From Eukaryota sp. GEM-RC1 (lineage: Eukaryota), in NCBI GenBank assembly GCA_040285855.1, contig JAUFOQ010000004.1:806001-870000 (forward strand): DNA of 64,000 nt. The letters are read 5' to 3'. Shown in pieces: positions 24,901-39,197 of this stretch. Within the stretch, counting starts at the first letter, position 1; every line of letters starts with the position of its first letter. The notes under the pieces are model-generated. The model did not search any database. It was not told where the DNA came from and saw only the letters and a list, made by a program, of their open reading frames with translations. The position numbers were made by a program, and so were the translations under genes.

Positions 24901-25813
24901 ATATACCACCAAAGACACAACAGCTAAGACAGCACAGACGATGAAGAAACCTTTAAGGTCTTCCTAGAAGGATCGGATCCGTACCTGTATCCTGGATTTC
25001 AGAGATTCTGAAGTCATAGCGTGTTAAAAGAACTCGACTCTTCAAATCAATCCGAATAAATTGACGAATTGTCAGTGACATTTTGTTACACGTGTCCCGT
25101 TCCAAAACGCTGTTAACGGCCCAACGTGAAAATGACTAACGGTGAAGTAAGTACCTTGACCTCTACTTTGAGTTTATGTCAAATATTACCAGGCAGTTTC
25201 TGCAGTGGTTTTTATCTGTTGTAGATGATGTGGATTCCTTTCTTCTTCTAAATAATATAGTGAATTAATGGATTGTATGATCGGACTCTTGAACGATTGA
25301 AATCATCAAGTGGTGTGGAAATAACCCTCATTATAGCGTACAGTGTCTTCCAACAGATACAATTGAGCAAATAAACGTAGTGATAGGAGAAATTTTGCCC
25401 TGATGCTGCTTTGATTACGTTTATCATTTTTGACAAAGTTATAAAAAATGAGTTCTTAGAGATTTTACAATAAAGTCGAAATACCCACAACATATGATAG
25501 GTTTTTTCTAACCTCGACTTAATACATTTTCTGGTTTCTGCTTAATTGATCGTTTTATTGTATTTGGAAGACTTTTTGGAGAGTTGTAGAGCCAAGTGAT
25601 GCCAAAAAGCACTGAAAATCAAGAAGAGAAAATTCATAAAGAAGATAATTCTACAATACATCCACAACACAAGCTGGGTGTATGACATCATACATGCTCG
25701 TATGAAATCAGCTTATACTAGTACTGTACATCCAAATTTAGTTAGATTGTGACAGCACAGAATTTGTTGTCACTTCATCAAACTGTCATTTCTTGAGGAT
25801 TTCATTTTGTTAA

Positions 25814-28108
<2,295 letters not shown>

Positions 28109-28339
28109 GTTTTTGAACACTTTATATGTTTATAAATCTGCACTTTTACGTATTTTTACTACTAAATACTGTATACTGTACTAAATACTGTTGTATCGTG
28201 GAGATTCTCTTGTTACAAGTCACTTTAATTACTGCACAAGCTTACACTTTGCTGTGGACCTTGACGCTGCTTAATTAGAATATGTCCTGAATAAAAAAGT
28301 ACCAAACATCATCACATCAACCATACCAATAAATTACAC

Positions 28340-28498
28340 AATTCAGATCTATACGGTTCGGCTCAGGCCGTAAACCGAACGACTTGAGCCAAGTCATATC
28401 GAAATTTGGCTTGGCTTACTCAAATGACTCAAGCCAAAGCCTAACCAGTTTGGAATTTTACAAGCCAAACCATTCGGCTCAAGCCGTTGACAGCTCTA
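28340..28498. mobile_element. Solo end of a hAT-like element
   Basis: A cluster of GGCTCAAGCC/AAGCCAA repeats ends in TTGACAGCTCTA (reverse complement TAGAGCTGTCAA, a hAT-like terminus). No partner end was found. Confidence 0.45.
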
Positions 28499-28900
28499 AG
28501 TGTAATGAACTTTCAAGAAGTGTGATTTAGTATACAACCTGTATTTTAGTGTGTTTTTCAAATAACCATGTCACGCGCTATTTTAGCCGAACTTCTTACA
28601 TTACTCTGATCAAAAGGGTGAATACAAGTTGTACAAGACATTATTCCTTAAAGTGATTTTCTACGAAGAAAACGCTGATATCAGTTTTAATGGCAATGGA
28701 TGTTGCTTTAATGATATTGAGTTCTAGTTTTTGTTCTTATCTTACTGTTTGTTTTCCATAAACTTCGATGAAAAAAATTAAAGTGACAACTACAAGTTCA
28801 AATTGGACAACCCATTTCAGATAATCAAACGATTTCTTAGAAGAATAAATAAATACTTCTTAGTTCTAACAATTCTGAATGAATTCAAATCTCTCCTTCA

Positions 28901-30286
28901 ATGTCACTCACATCCACCTCTCCCAACACTCTCTCTACACTCCAGTCCAACACTCCAGTCTCCATGATCAAACCATTATCTTTAATGGTGAGTCCTTCTC
29001 TGTCATTAAGTCAGTCCTTGCTTCCAACTCTCAGTACTTCCTCTCTCTTTGGTTTATGGAGTTTGGAGATCGCTCCGAGAACCCTTTGGACTTCTCTCAT
29101 TTGCCCATATCATCCGAGTCTTTCTCCGCCTTCATCTCTTCCTTCTTTGGTAACTCCACTCCCTTCTTTGACCTCACTTCTTCCAACGTCTATGACGTTT
29201 TCTACCTGGCCACTTACTTCCAAATGTGATCATCTTAAAACTATTCTTATGGAGATTCTCCCTTCCAAAATGACCGATTGGTACTGGTGCAAGTTCTTGA
29301 CAAAGTGCATTGAACAAGAAGACTTGAGAGGATTAAAATTTGTTGGAGATTTTCTTAATGAAGTTGAAAATATTGGTCAAAAATCTGAATTTGTCTTCCC
29401 ATTTGTCTTTCTCCAAAGTTTACTTGAATTTTGCACTTCTTCAAGTTCTTTCAAATGGTTTTTAAATTCACTTGTGACTTCAGTTAAATCAGAAACTGTA
29501 AATTCTGAAGAATTATCTGAAATTCTGACCCTTGTTGACGTCAACCTGTTGACTTTTAAAAACTGGGATGAGCTGTTTTTACATCCTCTTCAGAATATTT
29601 CAAATTTGGAAGAAGTTTTGATGAAGTTCCACTTTAAACAATTACGTCCAATATTTTTCGAGTCAATAATTTCTGAAAATTTGACGTTAAAAGAACAATT
29701 AGTTGAAGCAACTGAATTAATTAAGGAAAAAGATGATGAAATATTTAAATTGAAGGAAGCTGTTGAAAAACAAGTTGAATGTGTAAAACCTGTTGAATCT
29801 TCAGTTTTGAGTTTTTCTTCCAGTCTTAAGCATCAAAATTTAAATATTTCAAATGGAGGAAAAACTGTTACTCGCAATGGCTCAAATCAAACTTGGCAAC
29901 ATGTTCTTTCAGAAACTCCTCTTCTTACAGGAAATGTCTATAAAGTTAGGGCTAGGAATGTCAATCCTTCGTCTTCTTCTGATGGTATTATGATTGGAAT
30001 TATTCCTAGAAAAGATTTTGATTGTAGTGGTGTTTACTCAAAGCCAAATGCTCATTGTTTTTACAGTCATAGGAATAACTTCTATCCGTCAGGAACCCCT
30101 AATGGAAAATGGAACCCAAATGAAATCATTGAAATCACAATTAATCTTGTGAATAATTCAATAACTGTTACAAAAGAGTCAGACCCTGGATTTAATTGTA
30201 CAAGAGAAATTCGTTCTTTAGATAATGATAACTACCATCTTGTTGGGTGTTTGGTTTATCAAAATTCTGTTCTTGAATTGTTATAG
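28901..30286 (+). CDS. BTB - coiled coil - SPRY-like protein, copy C
   Basis: The 461-aa ORF reads the BTB out of frame: the shared shift at about 28957 is cancelled by an extra A at about 29224 (ttccaaatgt vs ttccaatgt). The BTB frame is the 28879-29229 ORF. Confidence 0.85.
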   Translation: MSLTSTSPNTLSTLQSNTPVSMIKPLSLMVSPSLSLSQSLLPTLSTSSLFGLWSLEIAPRTLWTSLICPYHPSLSPPSSLPSLVTPLPSLTSLLPTSMTFSTWPLTSKCDHLKTILMEILPSKMTDWYWCKFLTKCIEQEDLRGLKFVGDFLNEVENIGQKSEFVFPFVFLQSLLEFCTSSSSFKWFLNSLVTSVKSETVNSEELSEILTLVDVNLLTFKNWDELFLHPLQNISNLEEVLMKFHFKQLRPIFFESIISENLTLKEQLVEATELIKEKDDEIFKLKEAVEKQVECVKPVESSVLSFSSSLKHQNLNISNGGKTVTRNGSNQTWQHVLSETPLLTGNVYKVRARNVNPSSSSDGIMIGIIPRKDFDCSGVYSKPNAHCFYSHRNNFYPSGTPNGKWNPNEIIEITINLVNNSITVTKESDPGFNCTREIRSLDNDNYHLVGCLVYQNSVLELL

Positions 30287-30509
30287 CTTAATAAACTTTA
30301 TTTATTATTTCAGTCATATTTGTTTACGACTAAGTTCTTTTTAATCAATAAATGATTATCACTGCATTAAACACCACTTCGTGAAGTACACACTACTACT
30401 TTACTAGTAGTAAAGCATACCAAAAAGGGTCACTGTTAAGGGATTTATGGCATTACTAAGTTCTGACAGTGAGTTCCAGTTTAAAGAAAAGTGTACGGTT
30501 TTCCTAGTA

Positions 30510-31234
30510 CAGTCAGGTTGCTATAATTTCAAACTTATCCGGACCTTGAAATTACAGGAACCTTGAATTTATAGGATCTCTATATCATCTCAACTACTTT
30601 CACTCATTATACGCTCTGTAGTCTCTGTATAACCTAATAAAACACCAATTCTTCATTGTATTGCTTAGTCCTTCACATGAATCGCACTGATTCGATAAGT
30701 GTTCATTTCTCGTTGATCTTGTCGTCCGCAAGGGTGTCAATGATGTCCTTTTCCGTGGACTTCATCAACGGAACGTGTAGAGCTGAGTTTTGCATGTTTC
30801 AGACCACGTTTAGCAAGATTTGCGGAAATGAGTAACCAACAGTACTACCACAACAACGAAGAAGACGCTTGGAGTTTCATAGTTAAGTATTTTGGTATGT
30901 AAGTGAGTGGAAGAAAACCACCAGTTGGAACGCAGGCAAACGCGAAAACACGATTTATGACACACAAAGTAACATCAAACTGACTCTACCAATAATCAGC
31001 ATAGCTAGAATGCATTTAGATAGCTATCAGAACACTAAAGGCTCGAAAACAGGAAATTCCATGCAGACTCATATCGGCGTTCCAGAAGATCCACTTAAGT
31101 AGTTCTAGTAGCTGATAGCAGTTATATTAGAGAAAAGTTGATGTTAGAGGTATTCGGAAGGGTGTAACATTTTGGGACCTTGAAATTAGAGGATCTTTGA
31201 AATTATGGGGGTTGAAATTATAGGAACCTGACTG
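30510..31234. mobile_element. pogo/Tigger-type non-autonomous element
   Basis: TIRs CAGTCAGGTT(G/C)CTATAATTTCAA, flanked by TA on both sides (30508-9 and 31235-6), with subterminal CCTTGAAATTA repeats. Confidence 0.88.
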
Positions 31235-31348
31235 TACTCATGACAATCCTTTTCATTTATATATCAAGAAGTGTTATAACTACAGTCTATTGTCATAAGA
31301 AGAACACATTTACAACCAGTACAGATTTCTTGCCAGATAGTAAAACTA

Positions 31349-33018
31349 CTAATTAGAGACAATCGGAAAATACGAATCGTTTCTACAATTACCAGCATGT
31401 CCTTTCCTAGCTGCTCGCGGTTGATAAGGAGCACCGCAACACCACCAATAGTCATGACCACAACTTAAGCAATGTAAATGAAGACACCCTCCCTCTTTTA
31501 CAGTAGGACTATTGCAAGAAGGACAAGGGGAAGTGTTGTTCCTAATGAAACTGACAGAACTATCGTCATGGTCTCGCCACTGCTCACAGGTTTGTCCAAC
31601 ATGCCAAGGTACTTTGTCATGAGCACACATATCATGTCGACAGTGATTACATCTGACCTTGCGATCATCTGCACTGTTGATGAAGAAACCATTTCCACAA
31701 TCTTGATGGGCACACCATCGGAAAGTTGGTTGGGAATTTAGATATTGTACAGTTAGACCCTTTTCAAAATCTTGGTAAATAGCAGTTGAAGAAGCAAATC
31801 TTTGAACATCGTTGGAGTGGAGAATCTCGTCACAATTAGCATGAGGACATTTAATAGGTTCAATTGCATTAAGAACAATAACTTTCTGGTCAATCCATCT
31901 AGTAATACAACTGTTGCAGACCAATCTAGAGTGCTTACACTTAGAAGTAATTGGGATAGAACATTCGCTATGAGTCATTCCACCATAACAAACTGAGCAT
32001 TCAGTTTCTGAATCAACTGAGTTATGGTCACCCATTTCAGTGAACTTGGGAATAACCAAATACTGCTTGGGACCAATTCTTAGGACGGATTTGTTAACAA
32101 TTCGAAGAGCTTCAGTTTCAGTTGCCAGTTTGAAGTTAGCCATGTGGTAACCTTTCAAGAATATCCCAGAAAAGGAAGTAACTCTGAAGTTCTGTTGACG
32201 GAGATGCTCAAAGATTCTAGTAACTTCAGCTCCAGAAGTGAGAGGAAATACTGAGATGAAGGTTCGCTTAATGTCTTCAACAGGACCAAAATTGGCATTC
32301 ACAGGTTTGATACCAAGGGTTTTGTGGCAAATTACATGAGGACTCTTATTTAGACATTTGGCGATTTCATTAGCAGTAATTGGTGGCTTTCCTTCACTCT
32401 GTAACTTCTTTGCATAGTTCATCATTCTAGGTCTGTTCAAAATGGTATTGTAGGGGACGAAACCTCTGTTCGTGGCAGCTTCTTGCTGTAGTTGAGGGTA
32501 TAAAGGATAATATGCGTCAGAAAAGTAGAACTCAACTTGACCAGCGATGTAATCCGATCTACTAGCGTTTCCGTAGAGATGATCAGACATTGTATATGGG
32601 GAAAAAGGAACAGTAAGATCGAAAGCATTGGTCTTTTTGGTTCCAGAGGGGGGATACAAGGGGTTAAATACTGGGCGTGATCCGCGGAAAAACCTGAGTT
32701 CAAGTGTGGAACGAGGTAATTCTAAGGAGGTGGAAGGACATGCGCCATTACGAGATATCATAGCTTCAACAGGGCGGCCAGAAGGTGGTATAGCAATTAC
32801 TTTGATGTCTTCTGATCCTTGACCCCAGTCTGGTGGACAGAAGAGGCGAACAGAGACAGAGTTTTTGATTCATTACGTCTTACTTGAGTGGTTCTTGGGA
32901 AGGAGTTACGATTGACGGGAGCAACAGGGGCCTACAACAAGCAATTGAATATAGAACATACATTAGATCCAGTACGATTACGTTTTGAGGTAGAGGGGTT
33001 AGTTGAGCGACGGTGCAT
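31349..33018 (-). CDS. La motif-RRM-RBR E3 ubiquitin ligase, copy 1 (zinc-finger region degenerate)
   Basis: Exon 1 is 33018-32962, then a 30-nt intron and a 1-nt A-run shortfall at about 32864. La motif GQVEFYFSD..GFVP, RRM, RING1 (CSVC..CKH..CNSC..CPHANC), IBR (WCAHQDCG..CNHC..C..WH..C) and RING2 (CPSC..KEGGCLH..C). Confidence 0.85.
32932..32961 (-). other. 30-nt GT-AG intron
   Basis: GTATGT...TTGTAG with an in-frame TAG; same position as the introns in the two paralogues. Confidence 0.8.
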
Positions 33019-35557
33019 TGGAAGAAATGTAGGAAAGCAAAATTGGGAAAAATTTTAACCTTCATTGTCAAATTTGTTCAGATCACTGTTCAATATACAC
33101 TGACACTTACATGAATTTTGATGTACTCTATTACAGGCCCATTTGCGGCTACATTTCCCGCACCAAGTTGGTCTGACAAACATAATATCTTCATGATCAA
33201 ACATCATCAATAGAGAAGAGACGGGCCCAGTCCTCGTCAAACCCCTTAACTTTAATCACAGTATATACACAGTTGTTACGTTGTAAGCCACAGTATTCCA
33301 AATCTTACATCTGGAGCTACTATTTGCGAAAATCTTTTGTACTGTTTGAATGCAAGATACAAAGGCGTGGAGTTTGTACCATAACGTGATGAATTGGTTG
33401 TTGAGAACATAGAGTCGCTGTGTTGTAACAAGTTTGTCCTCATAACAGCAGTCAACGCTAACACGTGGAAAAACCGACTCTAAACACGTCTTAGTAGGTG
33501 TTAGGTGATTACATGACCAGAATTGTTCCTAACTAAAAACTACCACTAGCAGTAGAAGTTGAAGTACAAAAAAGTAAAAAAAAAACTCAAATATGTTGAC
33601 TTGTCTTTCATTTCACAAACATATGCCAACAACTGTTCAGTGGCGTCAAATGAATATGAGGATACAACCATCTTGCTGTTAAGCCGGACTATCAGAAGCC
33701 TTTCTCTGCACAAACACCGTGCGTTTTGGGACTGTTCCATAATTGAATACTCATCAACATAAAAGAAGACATAAATGATGAGGATGACGTGGTAGACTTT
33801 TCTTTCAAATAGTTTGTTGTTCGTCAGCAATGCTTATTGCAGAATTTCTTCATTGAAACTTATGTAGTTTTGTCGATTCACAATAGATGTATCATATCTA
33901 TTTAGATATCTTTCCATCATACTGTAGATTGCGAATTCAAGTTTGATCTGTCATCACAAGATTTTCAGAGTATACATCAATTCTATTTCATAAATATTTT
34001 TATTGGTTATTGTTTCAGATATTTTAGATATTTTTGACCATAAAGCACCCTTTTTTATTTTAGAAGATGTTCATCGATTGATGCTTGATGTATCGTCAGG
34101 GTCCCAATACAAGCAATCAAAAATGCTATATACACATACCATTTACTATGCTTGTATTGGAAACTTGCTTTGTATTAGGGTCCTTTGAGTCTAACTTTTG
34201 TATTATGAAATTTTGAACATTACAAGATCAATAACAGTGAAATGGATACTTAATAACGTCAATCAGTTATCTTTAAAATACACTGATCAATCCTGATAGA
34301 CAGATAGATCAATCAGACCAAAATAAACATCAAAATATGACGCTTCTACAATTTCTTGGTCAAACAAGGCTTTCATTAATTTCGTAAATTATCGACCGCC
34401 GTTAAATCAAACGCTTCCCTAAAGCTAGTGTCTCTAGAACAAATATGTATTTGCCGTAATAATTGAGACACTTCAGTGTATCATTGTGTCCTAGATGTTT
34501 AGCTATTCTTGCGTTATAGACTTGTCCGTCAAGTGATCGAGTCCTTCTGCAAATTATGATGGCTGAGGTCATTTGTAACTAGTAAATGAAATCTACGAAT
34601 AACTCGGATACGGCTTTTTGTGGTTCTATTTTTAGAGATCAGTATTTTTCAAAAGAATTCTGTGAGTCTATATTGTGAAACAATACAAGCATACCATCTA
34701 CAAAGCTTGTATGAGGAACTCGACGATATATGAAGACAAAAAGATATTAACTGTATTCATTGTTTCCAAACCAAGTGTGTCATAAAATATGGAAAACAAG
34801 ATTATTCTTTGACAAGAAAAAATTTCAGAACAAGAAATAGTATATACCTGATAAAAACATGTTTCGATTGAACGTGTCCATTTGTTAATGATGTCATTGT
34901 CATTTACATATATTCATTAACTCAAAAAACCGCAGTAGTTTTTATATCCAAGTTGTCCAAGTTGTCCTGAAAGTTGTCCAAGATGTGTGTGATATGAGTT
35001 GTGAGCAATTGAAGAATGCATTCCCCAATCGTTCACTGAGACAGAACAAGTGAGATACCCAATTGAAAGTGCTCAACTAGAAGTTGCTGATAATTTCTTC
35101 AGTGTGAGACGACAAAACTATTGAATTTTCTCTTAGAAAAAAAAGTTACCGTGGTCCTAAGGATAAATACAGCAAAAAATTCGGCCTCCAAAATTAGACG
35201 AATATTACGTTAACTGAGACCAAAAAGCGAAAATGTCCTCCAAAAAAAATTCGTACGAGGCACATAATTTCATGACAACCTGCAGTATAGTTGTTTGACA
35301 TCTGATAGGTGGGGTGTGAGTTCTTTTACGAAAAGTTTTCATATTAATCAGTAGGCATAGTCTTTTCGTGTGTTATTGCTGTGAATGTGTAATGTCTTCA
35401 AATCAAATAACACATAAATGATTCTTGTGATGTACAAATAAGTCTTGTACGGAGTGTAAAAGTACAGTACGCCATTATTCCAATAAACATTATACAAATA
35501 TACATAAAAAATAGTCAATAGATTTATACAAACACAGTCAACATATGGTTCAACGAA

Positions 35558-37285
35558 TCAAGCAGAATTTCTTGGAAATAGACCAGTATGAGGACAACTT
35601 TCAGTATGTCCGTTCTTTTCTTTTCGAAGGTCAAAAGTGGCACTACAACACCACCAATAATCATGATGACAACCAGCGCAATGCATATGAAGGCATCCTC
35701 CATCTTTGATAGTGGGACTGGCACAATGGGGACAAGGAGAACTAATTTTCCCTATGAGGGCCAAGGACTCATCATCATTATCTCGCCACTGTGTACATGT
35801 TTGACCGGAGTGCCATGGTACCTTATCTTCAGAACACATATCATGGTGACAAGTATCACATCTTACTCTAGGATCACTGGAAGGGTGGATGAAGAAGCCA
35901 TTTCCACAATCTGCATGAGGACACCATCGAAAATCAGGATCAACTTGGAGACATTGAATGGTTAAGCCGGTCTCGAAATTTAGATAGATTTCGTACGTGG
36001 AAGCAAATCTTTGAACATCATTGGAATGGAGAATCTCATCACAATTAGCGTGGAGACACTCAATAGGTCTCATTGCATTGTACACCATAACATTCTCATC
36101 AATCCATCTAGCAATACAACTGTTACAGACCTTTCTAGAGTGCTTACAGTTGGAAGTAATTGGGGTAGAGCATTCGTCATGAGTCATTTCACAGTAGCAA
36201 ACAGAACATTCAATTTCTGAATCAACTGAATTATGGTCACCCGTTTCCGTAAACTTGGGAATAACCAAGTACTGTTTCGCACCAATTCTTAACGTTGACT
36301 TGTTAACAATTCGAAGAGCTTCAGTTTCAGTTGCCAGTTTGATATTAGCCACATGAAAACCTAAACCTTTCAAGAATATCCCAGAAAAGGAAGTAACTCT
36401 GAAATTTTGTTGACGGAGATGTTCAAAGATTTCAATTACTTCAGCTCCAGAAGTGAGAGGAAACACTGAGATGAAGGTCCGTTTAATGTCTTCAACAGGA
36501 CCAAAGTCAGTGTTGACAGGTTTGATCCCACGATCTTTGTCGCAAATAACGTGTGGGATTTTCTTGAGACATTTAAACACTTCTACTTCTGTAATGGGTG
36601 GCTTTCCTTGACTATGTAGGCGCTTTGCATAGGCTTCCATTCTAGGTTTGTTCAAGACGGTGTTGTAGGAGACGAAACCGCTGTTCGAGACAGCTTCTTG
36701 CTGTAGTTGAGGGTATAATGGATAGTATGCGTCAGTAAAGTAGAAACCAACTTGAGCCGCAATGTACTCTGATCTACGAGCGTTACCGTGAAGATGATCA
36801 CACATTGTGTAGGAGGAGACAGGAGCAGTAAGATCCAAAACATTCCAGTTTCGGGCTTTAGATGGCGGATAAAGCGGATTGAATGTCAGCCGAGATCCAC
36901 GGTAAAATTTAAGTTCAGTTTTGATACGAGGAAGCTCAATGGAAGTGGAAAGAACGACGGCGTTTCGAGAAATCGTAGCTCTAACCTGAGGGCCAGAGTG
37001 TGGTATAGCAACAACAGTAATTTCCCCTGTGTCTTTCGCCCAATCAGGAGGACAAAAGATACGAAAAGAGGGAGATTCGTTGGTTTGAGAATCTCGGCTG
37101 TCAGAGGAGTGACGGAAGTGACAGGAGGCTCCTCTTGTACACGAGTCGTCGTCCCTGCAGATATTACTTTTCAACTTGTGACGTTTTACATGAATAAATG
37201 AACACTACGATAAGGAAACAATGACGAAACATTCGTTTGAACCCTTGTTACAGCGATTAGCAAGATAATGGGTACAAATAGGCAT
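35558..37285 (-). CDS. 2xCCCH-La motif-RRM-RBR E3 ubiquitin ligase, copy 2
   Basis: Exon 1 MPICTHYLANRCNKGSN splices to CSFIH, giving C-x7-C-x5-C-x3-H. Second finger CRDDDSCTRGASCHFRH, then La, RRM and an intact RBR with GGCLH. Confidence 0.88.
37205..37234 (-). other. 30-nt intron with non-canonical GA donor (GAATGT...TAG)
   Basis: Homologous in position, length and sequence to the GTATGT intron of copy 3; its removal completes the CCCH finger. Confidence 0.7.
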
Positions 37286-39197
37286 GGCGAGAAGATTTGA
37301 ATTGTAAAATTGAATTTTTTTTAAATCATTTGATTTGAATTGCACACAGAAATTCAATAGTCCCATAAGTATATGACTCACGACAGGGTCTATTTACTTG
37401 ACTCCACTCCAACTGACTCTCACTTATGTGTTAACTAAGCATGTCATTTCCATCATGATTCTTTTAACACGTTGCTTGTCCTTGAGCAACTGAGACACTT
37501 GAAAGATGTGTATTTTGCATCCTCCAGACAGTGGTTCAAACCATTTTTCTGAAAGTAGATCCAAATCCCTGCTTGTTAGGAGTTATTGCCGCATATGTTT
37601 CTTGTTTACATTGTCAACAAAACACCAATTCGAATACACCGATACAGTCAGTTTCCTTCTTGAATATTGTAAAATAACACCTAAGTTCTGTAATAAGTAG
37701 GGTTCGCAAACACACTGTGTGGCAAATTCACTGTCCATGTGACACACGTGTGATCAAATTGATTGTATGATATTTTTTGTAGTAAACTATTTTTCCTTAA
37801 TAGAAGTCTTATGAATGAAGAAATCAGAGGTATCAATAGTTGCATTGCATATCGTGAAACGATTTTGAAAGGTTGTACAAAGTAAATATGCAATTTAGGG
37901 ATAAACTTTTGACTTTTTGAGTTAAAAAGCATGCAGAGTAACGCACACAACAAAAACGTCTAACCAAACACATAGTGTGGCTGTGTGTAGCGTACCTTAC
38001 ATTTTCCATTTGTATATTTCTCTTTTCCACAATTTGGTTTCTCTTTTTTTCAATAAAGAATAAGATACAAATGGCAAGCTACAGCCTGTTTTTTGTCTTA
38101 ACATTGAAAATGGAGAAAGAATTTTTTAATGTTTGAATTTACTGTACTTCATTGTATTCTATATCCAAACTGTTATATAATTGTGTTCTTTTATCGTGTA
38201 AATACTAATTTAACGTCACTATCTCCACTTCTATATATAGATATACTCCTTCATTATCTCCATCCATCAAAGAATTTGAAACTTTTATAATAGCTGACTT
38301 TGAGGACATATATCGAGTAAAAAATACTTTTCAAGTCAATGAATGCGATTATTGGCACTGAATACATAGAAGCTAAACAACGAGTCCTTGGTTGTGCTGC
38401 ACTGTTGGTATTTTCGAAGTGTGTGAAAGTTCAAATCTGTTCACAATTTTGAGGGACCAACACATCGGAATCCACGTTTACACACAATATACACTATTAT
38501 GACATGCTGAAATTGCGTTTCATGTGTTTGATCGTTCTAGTTGTTTGGTGTTTTCGTAAACAGAATTCTTCTTCTAGATCTGGCGCAACAATATATAGCT
38601 CATTTCCTCTTTGCAGATGTACTTATGATACCCATTCAGAATGTCGCTGACTTCTGATACTGTAAATTTCATGTTTGTAAAAAAATCGACAATTTTTGAC
38701 AATTCGAAGCAAATTTATGACGAATACTTACGTGTTATGTCAGCAATAAAGAACAATCAAGTTCACATTCCAAGAGTAGTTGGTTTTAGTTTACTTTGAC
38801 ACTTTCAAAACGGAAAAGACAGTGTCATATTGTTTCACACCTTCTCTTTTGTTGATACCTTGTTGCCCGTTTTAAAATTAACATAGAAATACTCTCCTTT
38901 TTTTCTTTGGTTTTATCTTTTGGGTTTATGCTAATGCTAATGTACGTCATAAAATGTATGTGCAGCACCCGTATCAGGCTGTTAATCCGTTCGATTTCGG
39001 AATTCTTGGTGAAACGATTAGCTTCTGTTAGGACTGTAAGAAGAATAGGACGGCCAATTTTGGCATGTCACATTCAATCTAATTAAAAGCCACAGAAAAG
39101 TTGAAATCTTTTGAAATTCATTCGTTGTAGCTCACAAACAGGATCAAAAATACATAAATATTGAATTAAATTTACACAAATAAAAAAGTAGAAACAA

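Noticed and set aside
28901..29225. Ser/Leu/Pro-rich N-terminus of the 461-aa ORF (and 120-aa ORFs at 11366 and 21914) as a real domain
   Set aside because: It is the alternative frame of the CT-rich BTB coding sequence; its continuity in copy C comes from two cancelling indels.
33050..35400. Short ORFs and AAGTTGTCC repeats between RBR copies
   Set aside because: No recognisable domain or paired ends; probably old TE debris.
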